64,000 nt of DNA from Alphaproteobacteria bacterium (GTDB lineage: Bacteria > Pseudomonadota > Alphaproteobacteria > CAAGCB01 > CAG-977), in contig CAAGEP010000003.1 of the NCBI GenBank assembly GCA_900768875.1, positions 333,298-397,297 on the forward strand. Direction: 5' to 3'. Positions within the stretch are counted from its first letter, which is position 1. Each line of letters starts with the position of its first letter. Positions 29,647 through 39,083 of this stretch are shown here, piece after piece. The position numbers were made by a program, and so were the translations under genes. Below the pieces are notes generated by a model. The model was not told the DNA's origin and did not search any database. It worked only from the letters and a program-made list of their open reading frames with translations.

Positions 29647-31095
29647 TTAACCGACGCTGCCTTCCAGCGTTACGGCGACCAAACGGGTGGCTTCGATTGC
29701 AAATTCCATAGGCAGTTTTTGCATGACATCCTTGCAAAAACCGTTGACGATAAGGGACACCGCTTCTTCCGCGCCCAATCCCCTTTGACGGCAGTAGAAC
29801 AGCTGTTCTTCGCTGATTTTAGAGGTTGTCGCTTCGTGTTCGACGGACGCGGTCGGATTGCCGTCAACCATGACGGGCAACGTGTGCGCCCCGCATTTGT
29901 CGCCGATAAGCAAGCTGTCGCATTGCGAAAAGTTGCGGGCGTTGTCGGCGGCGGGCGCGACGCGCACCAGTCCGCGGTAAGTGTTTTGCGACCGTCCCGC
30001 GGAAATGCCTTTTGAAATAATGGTGGACGACGTGTTTTTGCCCAAGTGTATCATCTTGGTTCCCGTATCCGCCTGTTGATAATTGTTCGTAATCGCGACA
30101 GAGTAGAATTCGCCCGTCGAATAATCGCCTTTCAGCACGCAGGACGGATATTTCCACGTCACGGCGGAACCCGTTTCGACTTGCGTCCACGACAGCTTTG
30201 ATTTATACCCCGCGCACAATCCGCGTTTGGTCACAAAGTTGTAAATGCCGCCTTTGCCGTCTTTGTCGCCGGGGAACCAGTTTTGAACGGTCGAGTATTT
30301 GACTTCTGCCCTGTCTTTGACAATGATTTCGACAATCGCGGCGTGCAGTTGGTTTTCGTCGCGCTGGGGAGCGGTGCAGCCCTCCAAATAACTGACATAA
30401 GAATCGTCGTCGGCGACAATCAAAGTCCGCTCGAACTGTCCTGTTTTTTTGGCATTGATGCGGAAATAAGTTGACAGTTCCATCGGGCAGCGCACGCCTT
30501 TGGGAATATAAACGAACGTCCCGTCGGAAAACACCGCCGCGTTCAGACAAGCGAAAAAGTTGTCCGTGTACGGCACGACCGACCCCAAGTATTCGCGCAC
30601 CAAATCGGGATGAGCCTTGACCGCTTCGGAAATCGAACAAAAGATAATGCCCTGTTTTGCCAGTTTTTCGCGGAAAGTCGTCGCGACGGACACGCTGTCG
30701 AACACCGCGTCGACCGCCACGCCCGCCAGCATTGCGCGTTCATGCAGAGGAACGCCCAGCTTGTCGTACGTTTTCAGCAGTTCGGGATCGACATCGTCCA
30801 AAGTCTTGGGTTCTTTGGCGGATTTGGGGGCGGAGTAATAATAAATGTCCTGATAGTCAATCGGCGGATAGTCGACTTTCGCCCAGCGCGGTTCGGTCAG
30901 CCCGATCCAATGGCGGTAAGCTTTCAGCCGAAAGTCCAACAGCCAGTCGGGTTCGCCTTTTTTTGCCGAAATAAAGCGAATGATGTCTTCGTTCAGCCCT
31001 TTGGGGGCGGTTTCCGCCTCGATATCGGTGACAAAGCCGTACTTGTACGCGTCGCCCGAAACGGCGTCCAAAGCGGAAATTTTATCCTCTGCCAT
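29647..31095 (-). CDS. sufB: Fe-S cluster assembly protein SufB
   Basis: 483 aa from [12 protein letters not shown]...; high-identity SufB core; the ORF-track extension to 31185 is rejected. Confidence 0.9.
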   Translation of the reverse strand: MAEDKISALDAVSGDAYKYGFVTDIEAETAPKGLNEDIIRFISAKKGEPDWLLDFRLKAYRHWIGLTEPRWAKVDYPPIDYQDIYYYSAPKSAKEPKTLDDVDPELLKTYDKLGVPLHERAMLAGVAVDAVFDSVSVATTFREKLAKQGIIFCSISEAVKAHPDLVREYLGSVVPYTDNFFACLNAAVFSDGTFVYIPKGVRCPMELSTYFRINAKKTGQFERTLIVADDDSYVSYLEGCTAPQRDENQLHAAIVEIIVKDRAEVKYSTVQNWFPGDKDGKGGIYNFVTKRGLCAGYKSKLSWTQVETGSAVTWKYPSCVLKGDYSTGEFYSVAITNNYQQADTGTKMIHLGKNTSSTIISKGISAGRSQNTYRGLVRVAPAADNARNFSQCDSLLIGDKCGAHTLPVMVDGNPTASVEHEATTSKISEEQLFYCRQRGLGAEEAVSLIVNGFCKDVMQKLPMEFAIEATRLVAVTLEGSVG

Positions 31096-31248
31096 AGCTT
31101 GTTTCCCTGCGCAAACATATCTTGTGATTTTGTATATAAAGCATTCGGAAAAAATTTTAAATACCTGTTTTCGCCAAAAAAACATTTTTACAAGGGGGGA
31201 AAAAACGGGTAAACTTGAAAAGTTACGTTATTTGAACGAGGGTTTTGA

Positions 31249-32325
31249 ATGTTTAAGTTGGAAGATCTCTCTGCTTTTTTGCTGATTTTCGACGCTGTCG
31301 CGGCGGTCGCCGTGTTTTATTTCGTGTTCCGCTGGCTGCAGGCAAAAGCCCTTGCCGCCGAACAAAAGGACAAAATCATCGAATTGCAGGGCGAGCTTTT
31401 GAAAACGAAAAAAAGCCTTGAGGATTTAACCAAAGAGCATAACCACAAGTACGATCCGTATTCGTCCCAAACGACGAAAAGCATCATTTTGGGCATGGAC
31501 AAGGACGGCGTCATCCGATCCGTCAACGATTACGGCGTCGAATTTTTCGGTTATGAAAACAAGGACGAACTTATCGGCAAAAACCTGCTGGGAACGCTGC
31601 TGCCCGCCAAAGATTCGCACGGACAGAATATGACGAATCTGATTGAACGCATCAAAAACAACCCCCGTCTGTACGTTGACAACGAAAACGAAAACATCTG
31701 CAAAGACGGACGGAAAGTTTGGATTTCATGGACGAACCGCATCATTTACGGCACGGACGGCAACGCGTGCGAAATCCGTTCCGTCGGGTTTGACATCACG
31801 CCGCGCAAAGAATTGGAAGACGAATTGCGTCAAATGACCGTCATCGACCCCGTCACGGGTGTTTTGAACCGCCGCACGTTCTTGGAGGAAGGGGCGCGGG
31901 AAATGAAGCGCGCGCGCCGGTACAAACGCGAATTGTCCGTTTTGCTGATGACCATTGACCATTTTGAAGCGTTGAATTCGGAACACGGTTCGACATTCGG
32001 CGACGAAGCGATTAAAGTTGCCGTGACCGCCTGCCGCAATTCGACGCGCGATTCCGATTATCTGGGGCGATTGGCGGATATCGAATTTGCCCTGCTGTTG
32101 CCCGAAACGCCGCTGGACGGCGCGCGCATTGTCGCGGAACGCATCCGCAACGAAGTAATGAAGTCGGATTTGTTCGTCAACGACGTCAAAATTTCCGTCA
32201 CAACCAGCATCAGCATTGCGTCGAAAACGGCGGACGACGAAACAATCGACACGATTTTGTTGCGCGCTTTCAACGCCTTGCGCGCCAGCAAAGACCGTCA
32301 AAATAATATCGCCGTCGCGGAATAA
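31249..32325 (+). CDS. PAS-GGDEF protein with degenerate GGDEF motif (LADIEF) and intact RxxD I-site
   Basis: 358 aa; N-terminal TM, coiled coil, PAS (VIRSVNDYGVEFFGYENKDELIGKNLL), GGDEF-fold C-terminus in which the GG(D/E)EF position reads GRLADIEF, preceded by RDSD (RxxD) 5 residues upstream. Confidence 0.7.
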   Translation: MFKLEDLSAFLLIFDAVAAVAVFYFVFRWLQAKALAAEQKDKIIELQGELLKTKKSLEDLTKEHNHKYDPYSSQTTKSIILGMDKDGVIRSVNDYGVEFFGYENKDELIGKNLLGTLLPAKDSHGQNMTNLIERIKNNPRLYVDNENENICKDGRKVWISWTNRIIYGTDGNACEIRSVGFDITPRKELEDELRQMTVIDPVTGVLNRRTFLEEGAREMKRARRYKRELSVLLMTIDHFEALNSEHGSTFGDEAIKVAVTACRNSTRDSDYLGRLADIEFALLLPETPLDGARIVAERIRNEVMKSDLFVNDVKISVTTSISIASKTADDETIDTILLRAFNALRASKDRQNNIAVAE

Positions 32326-32347
32326 AACAAACCCGCAATAATAAACC

Positions 32348-32374
32348 TTGCAAAATCAATCACAGTGTTATAAT
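32348..32374 (+). promoter_or_regulatory. sigma70-like promoter for autotransporter 1 (TTGCAA -35, extended -10 TGtTATAAT)
   Basis: TTGCAA at 32348..32353, 15-nt spacer, TGTTATAAT with TATAAT at 32369..32374, ~110 nt upstream of the ATG at 32484. Confidence 0.45.
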
Positions 32375-32483
32375 ATAATTATTATACCGCTGTTTTTTGC
32401 GTATTTTGAAAACACGCGTAACGTTGTTAAGAAGAATCTTGTTTGTCTTGCCGCTGATTTCTTAAAAAGAGGAGAAGTCTTTT

Positions 32484-35400
32484 ATGAAATTGTCAAAATC
32501 CGCAGCGGGCATATTGTCCGCACGTTACAAATCGGTTTTAATCAAATGTTTGCTGGCGAATTTGATGTTGTTTTCCCTGCCCGCCGCCGCGGCGGAAACA
32601 ATTCCAAACGAAACGTATGCAAATAAAACTTTTGATTCTCCCTCCGACGGTTCTTATCTGATTGAGGGTGGCACGTTTGAAAAATCGCATATTAGAGCAT
32701 CCGACGACATTACAGTATCGGGCGGAACGTTCACGGGATCAGGGCTTTATGCAGACAACAACATTAACATATCAGGCGGAACGTTTACGAATTCAGGGCC
32801 TCTGGCGGACAACGACATTACAATATCGGACGGAACGTTTACGAAATCAGGGCTTTATGCAGGTTACAACATTAATATATCAGGCGGAAATTTTACAGAT
32901 TCGAGTTTCAGTGCAAGAAGACTCATCATTAACGGCGGCAAGATTGAAGGAACACTGAGTGTTGATAGACATCCCGATATATCGATTGATTCTGATGCCG
33001 CTGTTGTCAATCTGACATGGGATAAAAATTCAGCACCCCCTCCGTCTTCAATCACAGCAGACTCTTTGAACATTACGGGCGAGCACGGGATTTCTGTTTC
33101 AAACACCGCCTTTGATTCATGGAATACTTCGGGAAAAATAACGGCGAACAGCAATTCGCTTTTGGGACAATTTTGGGAAACCGGTGATTATGTTTACCAC
33201 ATTGGCGGAAAAACGTTGCACACCGCTGCCGCCGCTTCCTCTTCTTCTTACAACGATACGCAACTAACTGCTTTTTCAGACGCAACCATCGTTTTAAACG
33301 GCGATTCTGTTGCCGGCAGCGGGTATTATTCCATGTCATCCGATGTTGTTGCATCTATGCCTCCGCCGCCTGCTCTGGGATCACTTCAGCCATACAGCGT
33401 TGAAGGACAAACCGCCGATAATGCCCCGCTTCAAATTTTGCGCAAAGAATTGACGCCGGATGAAATCAACACTGCCATAAATTTCATCTGGAACGATGTG
33501 AACAACGCCAACGATGAAAATGACTTGACGGACTTTACAAAAGCTGTTCTTGGCTCAATCCTTTCAGGTTCTAATGCTCCTCCTCCTTCTATAACGGACA
33601 TAAAAGAACACGAAACTGATTTTAAAACCCTATTAACAGAACATTACGCCAACTTCAATTCATTTTTAAAAGCAACACCGAACACCAACGTGATCATTTC
33701 CGCATCAACGTTTGAATTAAACGACAACGCGAAGCTGATTAACGACAGCTTTTCGTCGGATTATCACGAAGCCGGTCCCGAATCCTTTCCCACAGGAAGT
33801 ATCACCACCTTTGGAGCGGGCAACATAACTGTAAAAGACTCAACCGTTATCGCCAAAGCCAACAACGAACTGTCCGCCCGTTCCGGCAATGTCATATTTC
33901 AAAATTCAACGTTGAAAGTCGCCGAAAACGCCGTTTTGACCTTTTCGTCCGCAGGCGGCGCGCTGTTGCTGGACAGCGGATCGGAGCTTTATTTGGCGGG
34001 GAAAATGAAGGGCAACGTCTTTTCCGACGAGGATGCGGCAGTCATTTTTGAATCGTCGAACGCGCGGCTGGACGGCACTTTGTCGGGGGCGGCGAACGCC
34101 GTCTTTAACGCCGATTACGCGTTAAGCAATCTGAACCGTTCAAATAATTTTGAATTCCGCAACATCGCCATTATGGACGGCAAAACGCTGGACATCGGAA
34201 CAACCGCGCTGAAAGCCGACAAAATATCGGGCGGGACGATTTCGGCGATTTTGACCGATGCCGCCAAAACAACGCCAATCATTACCGCTGCCGCCGAAAA
34301 CGTCACGATTAAATTGGATATGAGCGCGGCTTCTTCCACCCAAACAACGCTGTATCACATTACGAAAGAAACGGGGTTCAAGTTAAGCGATTATTCAACG
34401 TCCCGCTATGCCGTTTCTTCGCGTCCCTTTGACGTTGCCGACGCTTCGAAAGTCGGCGTTTTAAGCAACTGGAACGGCGGGGATTTGTACATTTTGCGCT
34501 TGGGCAATTCGACCCCCTCCATTGTTGACGATGTGAAACAAAGCGGCATTACCGTTAATCCCGTCATTGAAAAAGCATTGGGCATTATTGATCTGGATGA
34601 CGAATCTTTGGGCAAATTGACCGATGAACAGCAAAAAGCTTTGGATAAAATTGACGACTTGCTGACGAAATTCGACCGCAACCCCGAAAAGAAATACCAA
34701 GTTTTGCGCGAAGTCGCGCCAAGCTTGTCTAAATTCAACATCCTTGTCGATGAAACAACCGCCAAAAACGTCATCAACGTTGTTTCCTCACGGTTCAACT
34801 TGCCGAATTCACCGCACATTCCGCGCAGCTACAGATTATACGGACGTTCCGGCGGCAATTATGAAGCGGGGAACAGCACCGTTTGGGCGCAAGGCATGTA
34901 TAACCATGCGGAACAAAGCGGAACAGAGGGCTTTTCATCCAATTCGGCAGGATTTACGGCGGGTATCGAAACATGGCTGTCCGACGATTTCAAAGCGGGT
35001 GTCGGATACTCTTATACCTCAACATCCGTTGATTCGGACAGATCCGACGTTGATGTTTATACACACACCGGCTTTTTGTACGCTCAATATCAGCCAAAAC
35101 GTTTTTACACAAACTTTTTTGCGGGCTTCGGTCATTCGGCCTATACAGACACGACAAAAATCGCAAAATTGGAAAGTGAATACAAAACAAACACGGCCAG
35201 CGCGCAAATTGCAATCGGATATGCCGTGCCTGTGTTGGCTCCCGAAGTCGCCGTGCGCGTCATCAATACACACAAAAAAGCCTACACCGACGCTTTGGGG
35301 GTTGAACTGAAAAGCAAGGACAGCACCACCGCTACCGCTGTCGGCGGCCTCAAACTGTCAAAACATTACAGGATGCGGACAAATTCCGCCGTCGTGTTTA

Positions 35401-35648
35401 CGCCGGAACTGAAAGCCGCCGCCACATACGATTTCGTCCGCACCAACAGCGACAGAACCGCATTGCTGCCCAACGGCACAAGCTATATCGTCCAAACGGA
35501 AAACGATAAACGTTTCGGTATTGAAGCCGGCGCGGGATTTTCGTTCGATTTCGGGAAAAACGGCACAGTGTCGCTTCTGTATGACGGGATGTTCCAAGGG
35601 AAATTAAACAGCCATTCCGCCGTGCTGAATGTAAAAATCAATCTGTAA
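32484..35648 (+). CDS. autotransporter (type Va) with beta-helical repeat passenger and C-terminal beta-barrel translocator
   Basis: 1054 aa; long signal peptide (MKLSKSAAGILSARYKSVLIKCLLANLMLFSLPAAAAE), tandem ISGGTFTxSG repeats, conserved linker, ~280-aa C-terminal barrel with aromatic-rich strands; paralogous to 45426..48764. Confidence 0.8.
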   Translation: MKLSKSAAGILSARYKSVLIKCLLANLMLFSLPAAAAETIPNETYANKTFDSPSDGSYLIEGGTFEKSHIRASDDITVSGGTFTGSGLYADNNINISGGTFTNSGPLADNDITISDGTFTKSGLYAGYNINISGGNFTDSSFSARRLIINGGKIEGTLSVDRHPDISIDSDAAVVNLTWDKNSAPPPSSITADSLNITGEHGISVSNTAFDSWNTSGKITANSNSLLGQFWETGDYVYHIGGKTLHTAAAASSSSYNDTQLTAFSDATIVLNGDSVAGSGYYSMSSDVVASMPPPPALGSLQPYSVEGQTADNAPLQILRKELTPDEINTAINFIWNDVNNANDENDLTDFTKAVLGSILSGSNAPPPSITDIKEHETDFKTLLTEHYANFNSFLKATPNTNVIISASTFELNDNAKLINDSFSSDYHEAGPESFPTGSITTFGAGNITVKDSTVIAKANNELSARSGNVIFQNSTLKVAENAVLTFSSAGGALLLDSGSELYLAGKMKGNVFSDEDAAVIFESSNARLDGTLSGAANAVFNADYALSNLNRSNNFEFRNIAIMDGKTLDIGTTALKADKISGGTISAILTDAAKTTPIITAAAENVTIKLDMSAASSTQTTLYHITKETGFKLSDYSTSRYAVSSRPFDVADASKVGVLSNWNGGDLYILRLGNSTPSIVDDVKQSGITVNPVIEKALGIIDLDDESLGKLTDEQQKALDKIDDLLTKFDRNPEKKYQVLREVAPSLSKFNILVDETTAKNVINVVSSRFNLPNSPHIPRSYRLYGRSGGNYEAGNSTVWAQGMYNHAEQSGTEGFSSNSAGFTAGIETWLSDDFKAGVGYSYTSTSVDSDRSDVDVYTHTGFLYAQYQPKRFYTNFFAGFGHSAYTDTTKIAKLESEYKTNTASAQIAIGYAVPVLAPEVAVRVINTHKKAYTDALGVELKSKDSTTATAVGGLKLSKHYRMRTNSAVVFTPELKAAATYDFVRTNSDRTALLPNGTSYIVQTENDKRFGIEAGAGFSFDFGKNGTVSLLYDGMFQGKLNSHSAVLNVKINL

Positions 35649-35655
35649 CGCACAA

Positions 35656-35683
35656 GGCGGAGGATAAAACCTCCGCCTTTTTT
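35656..35683 (+). terminator. rho-independent terminator of autotransporter 1
   Basis: GGCGGAGG-ATAAAA-CCTCCGCC perfect 8-bp stem followed by TTTTTT. Confidence 0.8.
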
Positions 35684-35688
35684 ACTGC

Positions 35689-35721
35689 AAAAAAACGACC
35701 GCGGGTAGTGAATCCGCGGTC
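35689..35721 (-). terminator. rho-independent terminator for ppa (minus strand)
   Basis: GACCGCGG-9 nt loop-CCGCGGTC stem; on the minus strand it is followed by a U7 run (A-run 35689..35695 on plus). Confidence 0.6.
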
Positions 35722-35865
35722 TGAAAAGAGGTGTTGATTTTGGCTTCCATATACCTCAAAGCGGCTGCTTATTTGTTGTTGTTTTTAGCTTTATTGCTTG
35801 AAATTTTCGACAGATAACAGCCAAAGCCCGCGACGGAGCAGTGACCCGCCGCGGGTATTTTTTTA

Positions 35866-36423
35866 TCAGTCGTGCTTTTTATAGCCGACCAGCGTTTCTT
35901 TGACGCGTTCATATTCCTCAATCGCTTTCAGAATGACTTTGAACGCTTCGTTTTGGTCAAGGAAGCCCTCGACCACCACGGTTTTGTTTTCCAGCTTTTT
36001 GTAGTCTTCAAAAAAGCGCTGAACTTCAATCATACGATGCGGCGGCAGTTCGTCAATCGACGAATAATGCGCGTATTCCGGATCGTCGGCGTGAACCGCG
36101 ATGATTTTGTCGTCCGCTTCGCCCTGATCAATCATCTTCATCACGCCGATGGGGCGCGCGGACATAATCGTCAGCGGAAAAACAGGTTCCTGCCCCAAAA
36201 CCAAGATGTCCAGCGGATCGTGGTCTTCGCAGTAAGTACGGGGAATCAGCCCGTAGTTCGCGGGATAATGAACGCTGGAATACAGCACGCGGTCAACGCG
36301 AATCAATCCGCTGGGCTTGTCCAGTTCGTATTTGTACTTCGACCCTTTGGGAACCTCGATAACCGCGGGGACAAACTGCGGAACTTTCGTTCCGACCAAC
36401 TCTACGTCATGCCAAGGATGCAT
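35866..36423 (-). CDS. ppa: inorganic pyrophosphatase
   Basis: 185 aa; family I PPase signature ([17 protein letters not shown]-like motifs). Confidence 0.9.
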   Translation of the reverse strand: MHPWHDVELVGTKVPQFVPAVIEVPKGSKYKYELDKPSGLIRVDRVLYSSVHYPANYGLIPRTYCEDHDPLDILVLGQEPVFPLTIMSARPIGVMKMIDQGEADDKIIAVHADDPEYAHYSSIDELPPHRMIEVQRFFEDYKKLENKTVVVEGFLDQNEAFKVILKAIEEYERVKETLVGYKKHD

Positions 36424-36479
36424 AAAAAAAAACTCCTGTCCTTAAAAGTTAAGTTGCGCTTAGTATACCATAAAAGCGA

Positions 36480-36508
36480 TTGAAAAAAAGGGGGATTGCG
36501 CCTATAAT
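36480..36508 (+). promoter_or_regulatory. consensus-like sigma70 promoter (TTGAAA-17-TATAAT)
   Basis: TTGAAA 36480..36485, 17-nt spacer, TATAAT 36503..36508; ~25 nt upstream of the GAGGTGG RBS and the TTG start at 36535. Confidence 0.55.
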
Positions 36509-36534
36509 CTTAAAAAAATCAACGAGGTGGCGTT

Positions 36535-36909
36535 TTGACCAAAAAACCGCAGCAAGAATCGTTTTACGAACTTCACTTGAACAAAAACGACGAAGTGATG
36601 ATTTCCATTCATGCCAAAGACGGCGTGCCGAAATCCCCTGTCCTGCTCTATGACGGCGGGGCGCACGCTTTGCTGTACCGCACGCCCGAACAATCGATTT
36701 TGCTGGATTTCATTCACCCCGACGCCCGCCCTTGTCTGGCACAAGCGGAGTCCGTTTTGATTGCCGAAGCTGCCGATTACAAAGTCGTTCGGGAATATTC
36801 GGCAAAATGCCGCCATGTCAAAAACTTGCCGCTGGACGAAATGTCCGTCCGCCCCTTGCTTGACCGCGAACAGGCGGAGCAAACCGACGAACGGAATTTA
36901 TACAAATGA
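36535..36909 (+). CDS. hypothetical protein
   Basis: 124 aa; TTG start after a GAGGTGG RBS (an internal ATG alternative exists); 4-nt overlap with yjbQ. Confidence 0.4.
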   Translation: MTKKPQQESFYELHLNKNDEVMISIHAKDGVPKSPVLLYDGGAHALLYRTPEQSILLDFIHPDARPCLAQAESVLIAEAADYKVVREYSAKCRHVKNLPLDEMSVRPLLDREQAEQTDERNLYK

Positions 36910-37325
36910 TTCAAAAGCAAACCGTTTTTTCCGTGCAAACAAAGCCCGAAAGCTTTGTCAACATCACGAACGCCGTATGCGATTTCGTGCGGCAAAGCGG
37001 AATCAAAACGGGACTGCTGACCGTGTTTATGACGCACACGTCCGCCAGCTTGACAATACAGGAAAACGCCGATCCCGACGTGATGCTGGATTTAAAAGAC
37101 TTTTTCGACCGCGCCGTCCCGCAGGACAACCGATTGTACCGCCACACTTACGAAGGCAAAGACGATATGCCCGCGCACATCCGCACGTCTTTGACGGATG
37201 TGTCGCTGAACATCCCCGTCGTCAAGGGATTGCCCGCTTTCGGACGCTGGCAGGCTTTGTACGTTTGCGAACACCGCGCCGAAGCCCACATCCGCAACAT
37301 CGTTCTGCACTTAATCGGGGAATGA
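36906..37325 (+). CDS. yjbQ: YjbQ family protein (UPF0047)
   Basis: 139 aa; characteristic TVFMTHTSASLTIQENADPDV...GKDDMPAHIRTSL motifs. Confidence 0.75.
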   Translation: MIQKQTVFSVQTKPESFVNITNAVCDFVRQSGIKTGLLTVFMTHTSASLTIQENADPDVMLDLKDFFDRAVPQDNRLYRHTYEGKDDMPAHIRTSLTDVSLNIPVVKGLPAFGRWQALYVCEHRAEAHIRNIVLHLIGE

Positions 37326-38024
37326 ACGCGTCCACGCCCCGCCAACAAAGTATTCCAACGGCTGAAATTTCGCTTTGTACGCCATATTTGATACAGACTT
37401 TATCCAATAACCCAGATAAACGTAGGGCAAGCCGATTTTTCGCGTCTCCTCTATCAGCTTTAAAATCATCACGGTGCCAAAGCTTCGCCTGCCCTGCTCC
37501 GGATTAAAAAAACTGTACACCGCCGACAATCCGTCGTCCAACACATCAACCAGCATCGCGGCTTGCAGTTTTTCCCCCTCGCGCACTTCCATAATGGCGG
37601 AATCGACCGCAGCGTCCTCTATCATCGCGCGGTACTCCTCGTAATACATTTCCGTCATATCGCTTTCGGCATGGCGGCCGATCAGGTATGCCGAAAACAA
37701 ATCAAACTGCTCGGTCGTTGCTATGTTCGGCATAAACGCGATTTTCGCCGCTTCGTTCATTCGCAAAACTTTACGCATTTTCTTGGACGGCCGAAAGTCG
37801 AAAACGGGAATACGCACGGATACACATTCGTCACAGCGGGAACAAGCCGGAATATAGCAAACACCGTGCGACCGCCGGAAACCGGCGCGGCTCAGCTTAT
37901 TATTCCAGTCCTGTGCAAACGCCCCCGATATGTCAACCGCCAGTTTTGTTTCCTCGCGTCCCGCAACATAAGGACACGGTGCGGGCATTGTCGAATAAAA
38001 AGATTTCAGTCCGTTTTCCGTCAT
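37311..38024 (-). CDS. bpt: arginyl-tRNA--protein transferase (bacterial Bpt/ATE family)
   Basis: 237 aa; N-terminal CxxC...CxxC region (CPYVAG...CSRCDEC) and C-terminal ATE domain (YVYLGYWI). Confidence 0.75.
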   Translation of the reverse strand: MTENGLKSFYSTMPAPCPYVAGREETKLAVDISGAFAQDWNNKLSRAGFRRSHGVCYIPACSRCDECVSVRIPVFDFRPSKKMRKVLRMNEAAKIAFMPNIATTEQFDLFSAYLIGRHAESDMTEMYYEEYRAMIEDAAVDSAIMEVREGEKLQAAMLVDVLDDGLSAVYSFFNPEQGRRSFGTVMILKLIEETRKIGLPYVYLGYWIKSVSNMAYKAKFQPLEYFVGGAWTRSFPD

Positions 38025-38198
38025 TGTTCCAACCTTTTGATTTCGTTTATACGGCTTTTAAGTTAATTTTTGATTTTTTTCTTGACGGATGCGTTCTTTT
38101 TTTACTATCCTGAGAAAGTAATTTTTCGGCAAGTCCTTTATCGGCTTGCAAATCCTAAAGACCACCTTCGGGTGGTCTTAGTTGTATCGGAGAACCGT

Positions 38199-39053
38199 GT
38201 GGTTAAAATTTGCTACATCGACGAATCGGGGGATTTGGGAACTTTGCCCGTTGTGGAAAATCCCGACGGCAACCACCAGCCCGTTTTGGCAATCTGCGGC
38301 ATTTTCATCGACCACGAATGCCTGTACGATCTGACTCACGATTTCATCGGGCTGAAATACCGCTACTATCCGCATTTGAACTATGAAACCGACAAATACC
38401 TTGACCGCATCATCCCCGAAATCAAAGGTGCCGACTTGCGCCGCAACGCCATGCGCGGCGGACATCGCGTCCAGCGGCACGCCATCGGATTTCTGGACAG
38501 AATCGTCGATTTGTTTTTCAAATACAATATCCGCATCGTCGGGCGCATCTGGGTCAAAGTCCCCGGCGAACCGTTCAACGGCAAAGCGGTTTACACTTCG
38601 TCGATTCAAAGCATTTACACCTACTTTGACAACTATTTGAAAGAACATGACGATTTCGGTTTTTGCGTCGCGGACAGCCGGGACTATATAAAAAACATCA
38701 ACGTTTCTCATTCCGTTTTTACGCAAAAATTCCGCGCTTTGCACCCGCTGTATCAAAACATCGTCGAAATGCCGTGCTTTGGACACAGCAACAATTTGGC
38801 GGGATTGCAGTTGTGCGATATTCTGTGTTCCGCGTTTTTGTTCCCGATTGCCAGCTACGTTTATTGTTCGGACGTCGTGCACAATGTCCATGTCCAGCCC
38901 GCCGCCCTTGATTTAAGGGAACGCTACGGGCACCGCCTGCGCGAACTGCAGCACCGCTTTACCAACAGCGCGGGGTTCAACATGGGCGGAATCGTCGTAT
39001 CCGACCCGCTGCAAAAGAAAAACGCTATCGCCATGTTCAAGGATGTAAAATGA
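38199..39053 (+). CDS. DUF3800 domain protein (possible RNase H-like fold)
   Basis: ~284 aa from GTG 38199 (GGAGAA 4 nt upstream); starts VKICYIDESGDLG, the DUF3800 hallmark; upstream in-frame GTG/TTG alternatives back to 38070. Convergent with a bidirectional terminator at 39053..39080. Confidence 0.6.
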   Translation: MVKICYIDESGDLGTLPVVENPDGNHQPVLAICGIFIDHECLYDLTHDFIGLKYRYYPHLNYETDKYLDRIIPEIKGADLRRNAMRGGHRVQRHAIGFLDRIVDLFFKYNIRIVGRIWVKVPGEPFNGKAVYTSSIQSIYTYFDNYLKEHDDFGFCVADSRDYIKNINVSHSVFTQKFRALHPLYQNIVEMPCFGHSNNLAGLQLCDILCSAFLFPIASYVYCSDVVHNVHVQPAALDLRERYGHRLRELQHRFTNSAGFNMGGIVVSDPLQKKNAIAMFKDVK

Positions 39054-39080
39054 AAAAGCGGAGGATTTTCCCCCGCTTTT
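39053..39080. terminator. bidirectional intrinsic terminator between DUF3800 (+) and basic hypothetical (-)
   Basis: AAAAAGCGGAGG-ATTTTC-CCCCGCTTTT: GC stem with one bulge, A-run 5' and T-run 3'. Confidence 0.55.
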
Positions 39081-39083
39081 GAT

